Source: an uncultured virus (IMG/VR IMGVR_UViG_3300009605_000022) (lineage: Duplodnaviria > Heunggongvirae > Uroviricota > Caudoviricetes). From it: DNA of 64,000 bases. Shown here piece by piece: positions 1 to 9,889 of the stretch. Position 1 is the first letter of the stretch. Every line of letters begins with the position of its first letter. Made by a program: the position numbers and the translations under genes. The notes beneath the pieces were generated by a model. The model was not told the origin of the DNA. It did no database searches and was given only the letters and a program-made list of their open reading frames with translations. The DNA lies in the IMG/VR virus record IMGVR_UViG_3300009605_000022. One strand, given 5' to 3'.

Positions 1-1
1 A

Positions 2-3000
2 GGTATTCAAGGTTCTCAAGGTTCTCAAGGTACGACAGGTACAACAGGAACACAAGGTAATACAGGTACACAAGGTAATACAGGAACACAAGGAACTACA
101 GGAACACAAGGAACAACAGGTACTCAAGGAACAACAGGTACTCAAGGAACAGCAGGTTCTGGTGGTGGTTCAGGTACTCAAGGTACACAAGGTACACAGG
201 GTACTCAAGGTACACAAGGTACTACAGGAACACAAGGAACTACAGGGACACAGGGAACTACAGGAACACAAGGAACTACTGGAGCTCAAGGTACAACTGG
301 AACACAGGGTACTACGGGAACTCAAGGAACTCAAGGAACACAGGGAACTGAGGGACTATTCGGTGGTAACAGTATAGAATTTAATTATAGCAGTTTCGAT
401 ATTACTGCTGGCTCTCCCGGCCAAACTAATGTCGGATTTAATATTGCATTGCCCGGAGGTGGTGGTACACCTAATTATGGTTTAATTTCTAAAGTTGGTA
501 TTTCTGACTTTGATATTAACACTACAGATGTCAGTGATTGGAACGATTCACTGGATGATGGTACTAGCACAGTAAGAGGGCATTTACGGATTTTTAAGAC
601 TGATGATTCAAATAAATATGTTACTTTTAACATTACAGGGTCTAATGTAGCTGGAGGAGTAGGTGTTACAGCTTACGAGGAAGTACAAGTACAGTATGTT
701 GATAATAATGGTTTTTTCACAAATGGTGATGATATTGTTGTTTCATATGTAAAAAGTGGTGACTTAGGAACGCAAGGAGCTACAGGTACACAAGGTAATA
801 CAGGAACACAAGGAACTACAGGTACACAAGGTACAACTGGTACACAGGGAACTACAGGAACTCAGGGAACAACTGGAACTCAGGGTACAACTGGTACTCA
901 AGGTACTACAGGTACGCAAGGAACTGATGGAACACAAGGAACAACAGGTACACAAGGTACAACTGGTACTCAAGGAACTACAGGAACTCAAGGTACACAA
1001 GGAACACAAGGAACTACAGGAACTCAGGGTACAACTGGAACTCAGGGTACAACTGGTACTCAAGGTACTACAGGTACGCAAGGAACTGATGGAACACAAG
1101 GAACTCAAGGTATCAAAGGAGATACAGGAGACACTGGAGCTCAAGGTACAACTGGTACTCAGGGTACAACAGGAACACAAGGAACTACAGGTACACAAGG
1201 AACAACAGGAACACAAGGAACTGATGGAACACAAGGTACACAAGGAACACAGGGTACAAATGGTACTCAAGGTACTACTGGTACTCAAGGAACGACAGGA
1301 ACACAAGGAACTACAGGTACACAAGGAACAACAGGAACACAAGGTACTGTTGGTGCTACTGGTGGTGGAGGTGCTACTGGTTCTCAGGGTATCAAAGGTG
1401 ATACTGGAGATACTGGTTCTCAAGGTACTACAGGTACGCAGGGAACTACAGGTACGCAGGGAACTACAGGTACACAAGGTACAACAGGTACACAAGGAAC
1501 TACAGGAACACAAGGTACTCAAGGTGCGATAGGAACTACTGGTTCACAAGGAACTACAGGAACTCAAGGTACAACTGGTACTACAGGAACTCAAGGTAAT
1601 ACAGGAGCTACTGGCGCACAAGGAACTACAGGAACACAAGGAACTACAGGTACGCAAGGAACTGATGGAACACAAGGTACAACTGGAACTCAAGGTACTG
1701 CTGGTACAGTTACAGGTGGTTCACAAGGTGCTGTTGGTACACAGGGAACTGATGGAGATACTGGAAGTCAAGGAACTACAGGTACACAGGGTACAACTGG
1801 TACTCAAGGTACTACAGGAACTCAAGGTACTGTTGGTGCTACTGGTAGTGGAGGTGCAACTGGTTCTCAAGGAACTACAGGTACACAAGGTACAACTGGT
1901 ACACAGGGAACAACAGGTACACAAGGAACTACAGGAACTCAGGGTACAACTGGCTCTCAAGGTACTACAGGTTCTACTGGTAGTGGAGGTGCAACTGGTT
2001 CTCAAGGAACTACAGGAACTCAGGGTACAACTGGTACACAGGGAACAACCGGTACACAAGGAACTACAGGTACACAAGGAACTACAGGAACTCAGGGTAC
2101 AACAGGAACACAAGGTACAACAGGAACACAAGGTACAACAGGAACTACAGGAGGCACAGGAAGTCAAGGAGCTGCTGGAAGTAATGGTGGTACAGGAAGT
2201 CAAGGTACACAAGGAACATCTGGTGGTTCAGCATCTCAGGGTACAACAGGAGCTACAGGAACACAAGGAACTACAGGTACAACAGGAAGTCAAGGTACAA
2301 CTGGAACTCAAGGAACTAATGGAACTACAGGAAGTCAAGGTACAACAGGAAATACTGGTACTCAAGGTACTCAAGGTATTAAAGGAGATACAGGTTCTGG
2401 TGGAGCTACTGGTTCACAAGGAACTACAGGTACAACAGGAAGTCAAGGTACAACTGGAACTCAAGGAACTAATGGAGCTACAGGAAGTCAAGGAACTACA
2501 GGTACAACAGGAAATACTGGTCCTCAAGGTACTCAAGGTATAAGAGGATTAGAAGGAGCACAGGGTGCTCAAGGAATATCTGGTGGTTCAGCATCTCAAG
2601 GTACACAAGGAACACAAGGAACTACAGGTGCTGGAGGAGGCACAGGAAGTCAAGGTACAGCAGGTTCTAATGGTTCTACAGGTACACAAGGTACAACAGG
2701 AAGTACAGGAAGTACAGGAAGTACTGGTTCTCAAGGTACAACAGGAACTCAAGGTACACAAGGTGTTAGAGGTCCTATAGGTTCAACAGGACCACAAGGA
2801 ACTAATGGTTCTACAGGTTCACAAGGAACTACAGGAGCTGGAACACAAGGAACTGTAGGAGCTCAAGGATTACCGGGAGACCCCGGAACACCGGGTGGTG
2901 CAGGTTCACAAGGTACACAAGGTATTAAAGGAGATACTGGTGGTGGAGGTTCTCAAGGTACTACAGGAACACAGGGAACTAATGGTTCTACAGGAACACA

Positions 3001-3340
3001 AGGTACTACAGGAGCTGGAACACAAGGAACTACTGGTTCTGGTGGTGGTACAGGTTCTCAAGGAACTGCTGGTTCAAATGGTTCTGGAGGTTCACAAGGT
3101 TCTCAAGGTACAACTGGTGCTACTGGTGGTGGAGGAGGTGGAGGTGGTACTACACTTTCACACGGAGGTTCTGGAGGTGCATCATATAACGTACCCGGAC
3201 CGGGAGCTCCAGTATCATCTATGACATCTGGTGCACCATTAGAAATGTTTGATATGGCTGGCGGAGGTTTCGTAGCTAATGGTTACGTTCACGGAACAAT
3301 AGGTGGAGTGGTCTATTATTGGCCATCATGGACAACATAA
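2..3340 (+). CDS. Collagen-like (Gly-X-Y; GTQ/GTT) fibre protein, 5'-truncated by the window edge
   Basis: Frame is open from nt 2 (ggt att caa ggt tct caa...) through the 449..3340 ORF; hundreds of Gly-Thr-Gln/Gly-Thr-Thr triplets, one globular insert (~355-760) and a short C-terminal domain. Confidence 0.9.
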   Translation, partial: GIQGSQGSQGTTGTTGTQGNTGTQGNTGTQGTTGTQGTTGTQGTTGTQGTAGSGGGSGTQGTQGTQGTQGTQGTTGTQGTTGTQGTTGTQGTTGAQGTTGTQGTTGTQGTQGTQGTEGLFGGNSIEFNYSSFDITAGSPGQTNVGFNIALPGGGGTPNYGLISKVGISDFDINTTDVSDWNDSLDDGTSTVRGHLRIFKTDDSNKYVTFNITGSNVAGGVGVTAYEEVQVQYVDNNGFFTNGDDIVVSYVKSGDLGTQGATGTQGNTGTQGTTGTQGTTGTQGTTGTQGTTGTQGTTGTQGTTGTQGTDGTQGTTGTQGTTGTQGTTGTQGTQGTQGTTGTQGTTGTQGTTGTQGTTGTQGTDGTQGTQGIKGDTGDTGAQGTTGTQGTTGTQGTTGTQGTTGTQGTDGTQGTQGTQGTNGTQGTTGTQGTTGTQGTTGTQGTTGTQGTVGATGGGGATGSQGIKGDTGDTGSQGTTGTQGTTGTQGTTGTQGTTGTQGTTGTQGTQGAIGTTGSQGTTGTQGTTGTTGTQGNTGATGAQGTTGTQGTTGTQGTDGTQGTTGTQGTAGTVTGGSQGAVGTQGTDGDTGSQGTTGTQGTTGTQGTTGTQGTVGATGSGGATGSQGTTGTQGTTGTQGTTGTQGTTGTQGTTGSQGTTGSTGSGGATGSQGTTGTQGTTGTQGTTGTQGTTGTQGTTGTQGTTGTQGTTGTQGTTGTTGGTGSQGAAGSNGGTGSQGTQGTSGGSASQGTTGATGTQGTTGTTGSQGTTGTQGTNGTTGSQGTTGNTGTQGTQGIKGDTGSGGATGSQGTTGTTGSQGTTGTQGTNGATGSQGTTGTTGNTGPQGTQGIRGLEGAQGAQGISGGSASQGTQGTQGTTGAGGGTGSQGTAGSNGSTGTQGTTGSTGSTGSTGSQGTTGTQGTQGVRGPIGSTGPQGTNGSTGSQGTTGAGTQGTVGAQGLPGDPGTPGGAGSQGTQGIKGDTGGGGSQGTTGTQGTNGSTGTQGTTGAGTQGTTGSGGGTGSQGTAGSNGSGGSQGSQGTTGATGGGGGGGGTTLSHGGSGGASYNVPGPGAPVSSMTSGAPLEMFDMAGGGFVANGYVHGTIGGVVYYWPSWTT

Positions 3341-3379
3341 TGACGATAGCTTTAAATACAATGAGGAGATATATTTAAT

Positions 3380-3592
3380 ATGAAGGTTGAAGAACGTGAT
3401 GAACTTTTAGTCCGAATGGATGAAAGAGTAAAGACTGTCTATAATAGAATGGATAGATTCGAAACGCTTTTCACAAATCACTTAGCACATCACGAAACGT
3501 GGGAAAAGGAAATGAATACCGAACTGAGGTGGGGTATTGGTCTTTTAACTACTGTCGTGGCTGGGTTAATCGCAGCAATGAGGTTTATGTAA
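3380..3592 (+). CDS. Small coiled-coil protein with C-terminal TM helix (XhlA/holin-like)
   Basis: LLVRMDERVK coiled coil, hydrophobic C-terminus, GAGGAG RBS upstream. Confidence 0.5.
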   Translation: MKVEERDELLVRMDERVKTVYNRMDRFETLFTNHLAHHETWEKEMNTELRWGIGLLTTVVAGLIAAMRFM

Positions 3593-3593
3593 T

Positions 3594-4052
3594 ATGGCAC
3601 TAGATATAACTTGGAACAACGTAATACGCACACGCACCCGCTTGTTAGCAGGGTCATCGCCTGATGAGGTAGATATTGATACATTAGATATTACTTTAGA
3701 TATGGCAGCGGAATGGTTTCAAGACCAAACTGGTTTAACTTACACACTTAACGCAGAGAATTCTTATGATAATGCAGTAATGTATTATGCATGTTACCTT
3801 TTATGTATGGTTCAAAATGGAGTTGGAATAGAAAGAATACAAGTAGGAGATACTTCTGTTTATTATGATAACGCAGATTATATTCATTTCAAAGAATTGG
3901 CAGACCAAACATTATTAATAAAACTTGGATTGAGCATAAAAAGAACTTCTTACAATGCTTCACCATGGTTGGGAACAGTCAACTGGAAGAAGAACGTCGT
4001 GGGAGTGGATGGCACTTTGAATATGTATCCACCTGTTGACGGGGTGGACTGA
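3594..4052 (+). CDS. Putative head-tail connector/adaptor
   Basis: Size, position in the morphogenesis block, 'IERIQVGDTSVYY' resembles adaptor proteins. Confidence 0.5.
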   Translation: MALDITWNNVIRTRTRLLAGSSPDEVDIDTLDITLDMAAEWFQDQTGLTYTLNAENSYDNAVMYYACYLLCMVQNGVGIERIQVGDTSVYYDNADYIHFKELADQTLLIKLGLSIKRTSYNASPWLGTVNWKKNVVGVDGTLNMYPPVDGVD

Positions 4053-4055
4053 TGA

Positions 4056-5402
4056 ATGACTACAACTTACTTCAACAACTATAATAGAGTAAAACCCGGA
4101 CATATAAACTTTCCAAGAGTATTAAGAAACTTTAATCAAAAAACAGGACAAGTCAGAGGTATAGTATGGCATTCCCCTACACAATACGCTACAGATGCTT
4201 ATGGAATACCAACTACAGTAATTAACAGACAACAAATGGAAGTTCCTGATTTACTTGCTAAAATACAACCTGTCACTACTAAAGATTTCCAACTTGCTAA
4301 AGAAGGTAGGTGGATAACTGGTGCAGCTAAGATTTTTATACCAAGTATGGAATGGTTATTTAAACATTATTCTATCAGTAGTGGGTTAGGTGGTTTTCAG
4401 TCTAATTATGGTCAAGGAAATAGAATAAGACCATGGGACCCTGAAAATGGTAATCAGCTTCCAATGGCTATAGATGGTTTGATGGATAATGTATTTTATG
4501 ATAAAGAAGCAGATATATTAGATTGGAGATATATAATAGAAAAGTCAGGTTCTACAAATTGGAGTGCAACTACAAATTATGCAACTCAGCTAGGTAGTGA
4601 TTGGGGTTTATTTACATCAGATGCATCTAACTCAGTTACTCTCAGTTCAGATAACGATTCTATTACTATAGTAGTATCTGGTACAAGCAACAGTAATACA
4701 TCAGGAACTATTTTCTTTTACAATGGTGAAATGTGGCCAGCACTTAATGCAGCTAATCGATTCTCCTTTGAATATTATACACCAGTTACAAGTTCTACTT
4801 CAAAAGCAGTACAATCCATGACTCCACTGATTATGAGAGTTAACGGAGCAGCTACTGGGTATGATTATCAATATATTAAATATGGTTACACAGGTAACAC
4901 AACACAAGGTCTAAGTACAACACAAGCTTCAGGAGAATGGCAAAAATATGATTTACCTTTTAATTCTGGTTCAGTATTAGCTAACTCAGTAGGAACTACA
5001 ACAGGTTCTCAGTTAACTACCTCAGTTCGTACAGGGATGAGTTCTTGGTTAAGAGAATCTACAGATGGTAAAGGTCAGACTTATGGTCAATCATATTCTG
5101 CTATACGAGATACACCTAACACAGGTAGTTTAAATAATAATGCAGCTGCTACTTACCCATGGGCTATATTAAGTGGTTCATCAAATGAGTATTACTTTGG
5201 TATGAGATTTAAAACTCCTGCCCTATCAGCAGGACATACAGCAACAATTAAACTGAGAAACTTTAAATGGTATAGAGCTATTCCATGGTCAGTTCACTCA
5301 GTTAAAGAGCTAGCAGACTATCAAGTATTAAATTGTGTTAGAGATGATGGACAAAGTCTAAATCAACAAGTAGCACAAGCAGAAGGAGTACAACCGTTAT
5401 GA
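4056..5402 (+). CDS. Putative head-closure protein with a large Ser/Thr-rich insertion
   Basis: 'AKIQPVTTKDFQLAKEG...AKIFIP' and C-terminal 'WSVHSVKE...QVLNCVR' resemble stopper proteins; gene order. Confidence 0.4.
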   Translation: MTTTYFNNYNRVKPGHINFPRVLRNFNQKTGQVRGIVWHSPTQYATDAYGIPTTVINRQQMEVPDLLAKIQPVTTKDFQLAKEGRWITGAAKIFIPSMEWLFKHYSISSGLGGFQSNYGQGNRIRPWDPENGNQLPMAIDGLMDNVFYDKEADILDWRYIIEKSGSTNWSATTNYATQLGSDWGLFTSDASNSVTLSSDNDSITIVVSGTSNSNTSGTIFFYNGEMWPALNAANRFSFEYYTPVTSSTSKAVQSMTPLIMRVNGAATGYDYQYIKYGYTGNTTQGLSTTQASGEWQKYDLPFNSGSVLANSVGTTTGSQLTTSVRTGMSSWLRESTDGKGQTYGQSYSAIRDTPNTGSLNNNAAATYPWAILSGSSNEYYFGMRFKTPALSAGHTATIKLRNFKWYRAIPWSVHSVKELADYQVLNCVRDDGQSLNQQVAQAEGVQPL

Positions 5403-5527
5403 TTTATGCAGCAGAAATAGAAAGAAGAACAATTATGGTGTTTACACAAGCTAATTGGGATAAGATGCCCGATTTCGCAAAACAAGCTTACCTTGATGAC
5501 CCTTACTGTGAAGTAGAGGTAGTATAA
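5399..5527 (+). CDS. 42-aa hypothetical protein (not in ORF track)
   Basis: MIYAAEIERRTIMVFTQANWDK...; ATGA and TAATG overlaps with both neighbours. Confidence 0.6.
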   Translation: MIYAAEIERRTIMVFTQANWDKMPDFAKQAYLDDPYCEVEVV

Positions 5528-6057
5528 TGGCAGCTCCAGACCATCTAAATGAGATAGAGCGTAAACTTATCGATAAGCTCCGTACAGGCACTTACTCTAC
5601 TAATAACGTCGGGGGCACAGCGACAGCATGGACAGACGGCAATGTTAATGTCTTTGGACAATGGCCCGCTACAGAATCATGCAAATACCCGTGTATCATA
5701 GTAGAGCACGTAGCTAATGGCTTAGAAGAGCAATTCTTTGGGCGCCATTTATCAGGTACCGCTGTAGGTGAAATTATGGGAGTAGGCTATGATATGTATG
5801 TAGCAGTGGATAACGACAGCCAATTTAGCGTTACGACAGCAGGCGGAACTGCGGTTTATAAAGGCAGACGTTTGCATAATTATCTCATGCAAAATTGCGC
5901 TAATATTCTTATGGATACTGACTTCAGTGGCACTAACACAGAGATAATAGAAAGACATTTTGCAGGCTTTAGGGAAATAATATTCGACCCTACTACAGAA
6001 ATATGGTACGCAGTCTGCTCTATGATTATTACATTTAAGAATGACCGTCCTAACTGA
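5527..6057 (+). CDS. Putative tail terminator/tail completion protein
   Basis: 'VFGQWP....YPCIIVE' pattern; position before the tail tube genes. Confidence 0.55.
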   Translation: MAAPDHLNEIERKLIDKLRTGTYSTNNVGGTATAWTDGNVNVFGQWPATESCKYPCIIVEHVANGLEEQFFGRHLSGTAVGEIMGVGYDMYVAVDNDSQFSVTTAGGTAVYKGRRLHNYLMQNCANILMDTDFSGTNTEIIERHFAGFREIIFDPTTEIWYAVCSMIITFKNDRPN

Positions 6058-7730
6058 TGGCATACGAACAGTCTGATTTATACACATATCATGGTAGTGA
6101 TTACTATAAGAACTCTCAAGATGTATTAACTGTATTAGAATCAGGTTTTTATCCTTATGTACCTTTTACGAAAGGTATGGAGTTAAGATTACACAATCAA
6201 ATTATACAAGCACAACCCGGAGGACTTACACAACAGAGTTATGAGATGCAGTTAGCTAATTATGAAGCTTCTGTAGAAGACCCTGTCAATAAGAAACTAG
6301 ACCAAACGATTGCTACTAGTATGGGTCTGAAAGGAGATATGAGGAAAGCAGGAGTTGAAATAGGTAATAGACTATCTAATGTAGTTACAAATAAACAGAC
6401 TTCTTTTGCTCAAGGTATACCACCTCGTTTAACCAACCGTCCTATTAATATCCCCGGAGAAATTGCAGTAGATGTAGTAGCTCAAAACATATTTGATAAG
6501 ATGGCAGCTAGAGATAAAAACTTTGGTAGAGAGTTCGAACTTGGTGCAAAGTTACCTAAAGATGCATTACAACAAGGTTTCGATTACGACCCTGAAAAAG
6601 CAGGTGATGAATTTGCAGTTATATTAGAAACTCTTAAAAACAAAGGTGTTGCGAAAACAAACAAAGTAGTAGGAGTAGAAACAACTATAGCTAGAGGTGG
6701 AAAGTATTTCCAACAAATAATGAATCAAGGATATAAAGGAGCTGAGTCTATGTCACAAGAGATGTGGAAGAAAGGAGTTAAAGATGTAGATGCGTTTACT
6801 AAAAGGTTAACTGGAAAGTATGGTAATACTAATGATTTAAAAAAGATAAGAGATTCAATTAAATCAGATGATAAGTCATCTAAACATATGGGTGAATCCT
6901 TAAATCTTATTGAAAGACAGGTATTAGACCGTTTGATAGGTATAACGTCTGTAATAGGACAAAACCCAGAAAAAGACAGATATCTATATCATATGCCTTT
7001 AAAAGGAGATGATGGTTTATGGACTAAAGCAGGTATATTAGTTATAGGTATTAAAAAGGTTGGTGGTAAGTATGAAGGGTTTGCTAAAGATGGAGGTATG
7101 TTTGATATGGGTGTGTTTGGAACTTTAGATAATTTAATCTTAATGCAAGCGCAAGTTTCTAATTTAATTTCAAAAGCTGAAGCTAACGTTATAGGTAATA
7201 TGGCAATGGCAGCAACAAGTAACGAAGCAATATCTAAATTTGCTGATGATGTAGCTATTGGTGCAATAAGTCAAAAAACTGTAGAAATGGCTTCTGAATT
7301 TGATGGAGCTATCAATGTAGCTAGAGTTCTCAGTACGAAACAGTTAGCTACTGCTATTATAGAATCTTTCGAAAACTATTCAGACATGGTAGTAAAAAAT
7401 CCATTGTTCGCAAATGTAGTTAAAGAATCATTAGGTAAATCTAATAATTTATCTCAAACATGGAAAGAAAGAGCATACAGAGCATTACCAAGATGGAGGA
7501 ACGGTGCAGGGTTTACATCTATGTCTTTTGATGACACTGGAAGTAATCCTGAAGGTGCATGGGCAGAGTCTATGAAACCTAATTGGAACAAGGATACAGG
7601 TAAAGGTGTAAACTTAGCTATATCACCTTATTTCTTAGAGAGTAAAAAGAGAATAGCTCAAAAGTTTGGTGAAGGTAGGCTAACAAAGTCAGGCCGACGC
7701 CTCCCAGAGAGCTCTGGAATCAAAGGATAG
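6057..7730 (+). CDS. Hypothetical protein in the morphogenesis block
   Basis: 557-aa ORF coupled to the upstream gene; no motif recognised. Confidence 0.6.
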   Translation: MAYEQSDLYTYHGSDYYKNSQDVLTVLESGFYPYVPFTKGMELRLHNQIIQAQPGGLTQQSYEMQLANYEASVEDPVNKKLDQTIATSMGLKGDMRKAGVEIGNRLSNVVTNKQTSFAQGIPPRLTNRPINIPGEIAVDVVAQNIFDKMAARDKNFGREFELGAKLPKDALQQGFDYDPEKAGDEFAVILETLKNKGVAKTNKVVGVETTIARGGKYFQQIMNQGYKGAESMSQEMWKKGVKDVDAFTKRLTGKYGNTNDLKKIRDSIKSDDKSSKHMGESLNLIERQVLDRLIGITSVIGQNPEKDRYLYHMPLKGDDGLWTKAGILVIGIKKVGGKYEGFAKDGGMFDMGVFGTLDNLILMQAQVSNLISKAEANVIGNMAMAATSNEAISKFADDVAIGAISQKTVEMASEFDGAINVARVLSTKQLATAIIESFENYSDMVVKNPLFANVVKESLGKSNNLSQTWKERAYRALPRWRNGAGFTSMSFDDTGSNPEGAWAESMKPNWNKDTGKGVNLAISPYFLESKKRIAQKFGEGRLTKSGRRLPESSGIKG

Positions 7731-7734
7731 AGAG

Positions 7735-7747
7735 AAAGCTTTATATA
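7735..7747 (+). promoter_or_regulatory. Archaeal-type BRE/TATA promoter for the tail operon
   Basis: AAAGCTTTATATA; near-identical motif at 57840, 60890 and 63461 (+) and 38325, 40307 and 41669 (-), each upstream of a gene. Confidence 0.7.
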
Positions 7748-7819
7748 CTATTCCGACGTTATTTAATACTAGTGTAATGTAATGTCAATTGTCTAGACAA
7801 CAATAAGGAGCAAATAAAT

Positions 7820-8524
7820 ATGGTATATTTCCTAGGAAGAGACGTCAACGTCGGTATAAGCACCGAGTCAACTACGGCTACTGAAAATGTTTCAGTAAGC
7901 ACGCTTAAATGTGTTTCTGGTTCGGCCAGTGGCATTATTTTCGCCGCAGATATGAATGGTACTACATTCGCATCATTTACAAGCGGAGATGGGCTGGTGG
8001 ACGATTTGATTGGCGTAGACATTAGCGTTGGCGCTATGGATGAAGATACTGCTTTCATTGGCCAGAAACAAGGCTCGAAAGTAGAAATAAAAAAAGAGAT
8101 TACAGTATCTCTTACACACAAAAAAGCAAATGATGTGTGGGACATTATATATAATGGACCTTCACAAGCCGCATCATTAGAAGACTTTGCAGCAGACCAA
8201 AACTTTGGTGCAAGATGGGGATTAGACGACACAAGTGGTAGTCCTTTTTTAGGTGTAGGATTGAGTAATCCAAAGGATGTTATAGTTAACGGTTCAACAA
8301 ACGTTTGCTATGGATATCGCATACACGTACAATTAAAGAGCGGAGCAGGAGCTGGAACTACAGAAACAATTTCCATTCCTAACTGCTGTATAACAGGTTA
8401 CACTGTCGGACTTAACGCTGACGGAGTAACTGAGGAAACATTAGAATTTACTACTCAACAATCAATGTTGAATTCAGTAGGTAATAATATTAATAACACA
8501 CTAACACCACAGGCAGGTTTCTAA
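7820..8524 (+). CDS. Putative major tail tube protein, paralogue 1
   Basis: Upstream of chaperones and tape measure; beta-rich; shares YFLGRDV, EIKKE, YGYR.HV and NADG.TEETLEF with the next gene. Confidence 0.65.
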   Translation: MVYFLGRDVNVGISTESTTATENVSVSTLKCVSGSASGIIFAADMNGTTFASFTSGDGLVDDLIGVDISVGAMDEDTAFIGQKQGSKVEIKKEITVSLTHKKANDVWDIIYNGPSQAASLEDFAADQNFGARWGLDDTSGSPFLGVGLSNPKDVIVNGSTNVCYGYRIHVQLKSGAGAGTTETISIPNCCITGYTVGLNADGVTEETLEFTTQQSMLNSVGNNINNTLTPQAGF

Positions 8525-8526
8525 GC

Positions 8527-9153
8527 ATGTACTTTTTAGGAAGAGATGTAGACGTTTATGTCACAACCGAAGCACCATCTGGCGCTTCTGCAACTGGTGT
8601 TTATGTTACAGCTAACGGTGCCCTTGCGCTTGCAAGTGGCAGTGGAGATGTTTTAGCTTTCTTACCATTAAACAGTGGTACGACCTCTAACGCATCTAAA
8701 GATGTAACTGGTGTTGATTTATCAATTGGAGCAGTTGATGAAGATATTTCTTATTTCGGTATCCGTTCAGTCGGTAAAGCTGAAATCAAGAAAGAAACAA
8801 CTGTTTCGTTAACAATGAAGAAAAGCAACAACGTATTCGACTCTATTTATAGTGGAGCTCGTTTCGGTGTATCTGGTTCCTCTGTAGGTAACGCACTTGC
8901 AGATGGTTTAGAAATGCCTAGTAATCAAAAAGTGGCCGCAGCTATCTCATATGGATATAGAGTGCATGTTGTATTGAAAGATGCAACTGAAACATTCACT
9001 ATTCCAAACAGCTGTATTCAAGGACACACTGTATCCATCAACGCTGATGGAACCACAGAAGAAACATTGGAATTTATGTCTTATGTTAGCCCGCTCATAA
9101 CAAGTGGTGCAGCAGCAGATATAACTGGCGCAACTGCCAGAACCGCAATATAA
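8527..9153 (+). CDS. Putative major tail tube protein, paralogue 2
   Basis: Clear paralogue of 7820..8524. Confidence 0.65.
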   Translation: MYFLGRDVDVYVTTEAPSGASATGVYVTANGALALASGSGDVLAFLPLNSGTTSNASKDVTGVDLSIGAVDEDISYFGIRSVGKAEIKKETTVSLTMKKSNNVFDSIYSGARFGVSGSSVGNALADGLEMPSNQKVAAAISYGYRVHVVLKDATETFTIPNSCIQGHTVSINADGTTEETLEFMSYVSPLITSGAAADITGATARTAI

Positions 9154-9199
9154 GCAGGACTGGGGGTGTGATACCCCCTCCTCCTTAGGAGAAAAATAA

Positions 9200-9595
9200 A
9201 TGACAGAAAACGAAGTCGAAGAAATAGAAGAAGTAGAAGAAATGGACACATGGTCCATGGATGATTTGGTAGGACTAACAGAAACTGTACAACACGATAG
9301 TATTGAATACCGTGGAAAACAGTTGAAGTTCCATTTTTGTGAATTAACAGAAAAAGAAGAACCAAAATTTAAAGCACTACCAGATAGCGCAAGCGAACAG
9401 AAGAAAATGGATATGTATCAAAAGTTAGGTGCCGAAAGGTGTTTAAGAATGATATTAAAAGCAAACGAAAAGAACCCAGAAGATATCACAATAGAAGAAT
9501 CACACTGGTTAAAGCTTCCAACAACATTACGTTATGGAATAGCAACTAAGATGATGAACATTGAAACGGAAGTGAAAGCAAATTTTACTCCCTGA
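9200..9595 (+). CDS. Tail assembly chaperone (lambda gpG-like position)
   Basis: Between tube and tape measure; ends with an in-frame slippery heptamer A AAT TTT. Confidence 0.7.
   Translation: MTENEVEEIEEVEEMDTWSMDDLVGLTETVQHDSIEYRGKQLKFHFCELTEKEEPKFKALPDSASEQKKMDMYQKLGAERCLRMILKANEKNPEDITIEESHWLKLPTTLRYGIATKMMNIETEVKANFTP
9580..9586 (+). other. Programmed -1 ribosomal frameshift site A AAT TTT
   Basis: X XXY YYZ heptamer in the correct frame; the -1 frame is open into 9595..9846. Confidence 0.7.
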
Positions 9596-9846
9596 TGCTG
9601 GAATCGCCTGATGCGGTACTTGTCTACATACCACTAATGAAGGGTTTGGGGATGAGTTGGGAAGATATTAAACGCACACCTAAAATGGAATTAGAAGTAT
9701 TACTCCAAGCCATGCACGAGTATGATGAACTTCATTCTATGGATGGGTATGATGATAAAGATATAAATGAAATGGCAAAGAACAAGCCTTCAATACGAAT
9801 GCATTATGCAAGGTATTTAGAAAAAGGGCTAAGTTCAACGATATGA
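9595..9846 (+). CDS. Tail assembly chaperone frameshift extension (gpT-like)
   Basis: In the -1 frame relative to 9200..9595; 'LGMSWEDIKRTP' pattern; precedes the tape measure gene. Confidence 0.65.
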   Translation: MLESPDAVLVYIPLMKGLGMSWEDIKRTPKMELEVLLQAMHEYDELHSMDGYDDKDINEMAKNKPSIRMHYARYLEKGLSSTI

Positions 9847-9889
9847 TTGGAAAGAAAAGAGAGGTTTCATTCGAAGGACTTAAACAATA

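Noticed and set aside
162..3224. Alternative-frame and antisense ORFs inside the collagen-like gene (HKELQE..., CTLCSC...)
   Set aside because: Shadows of the 9/18-nt repeat; no independent start signals.
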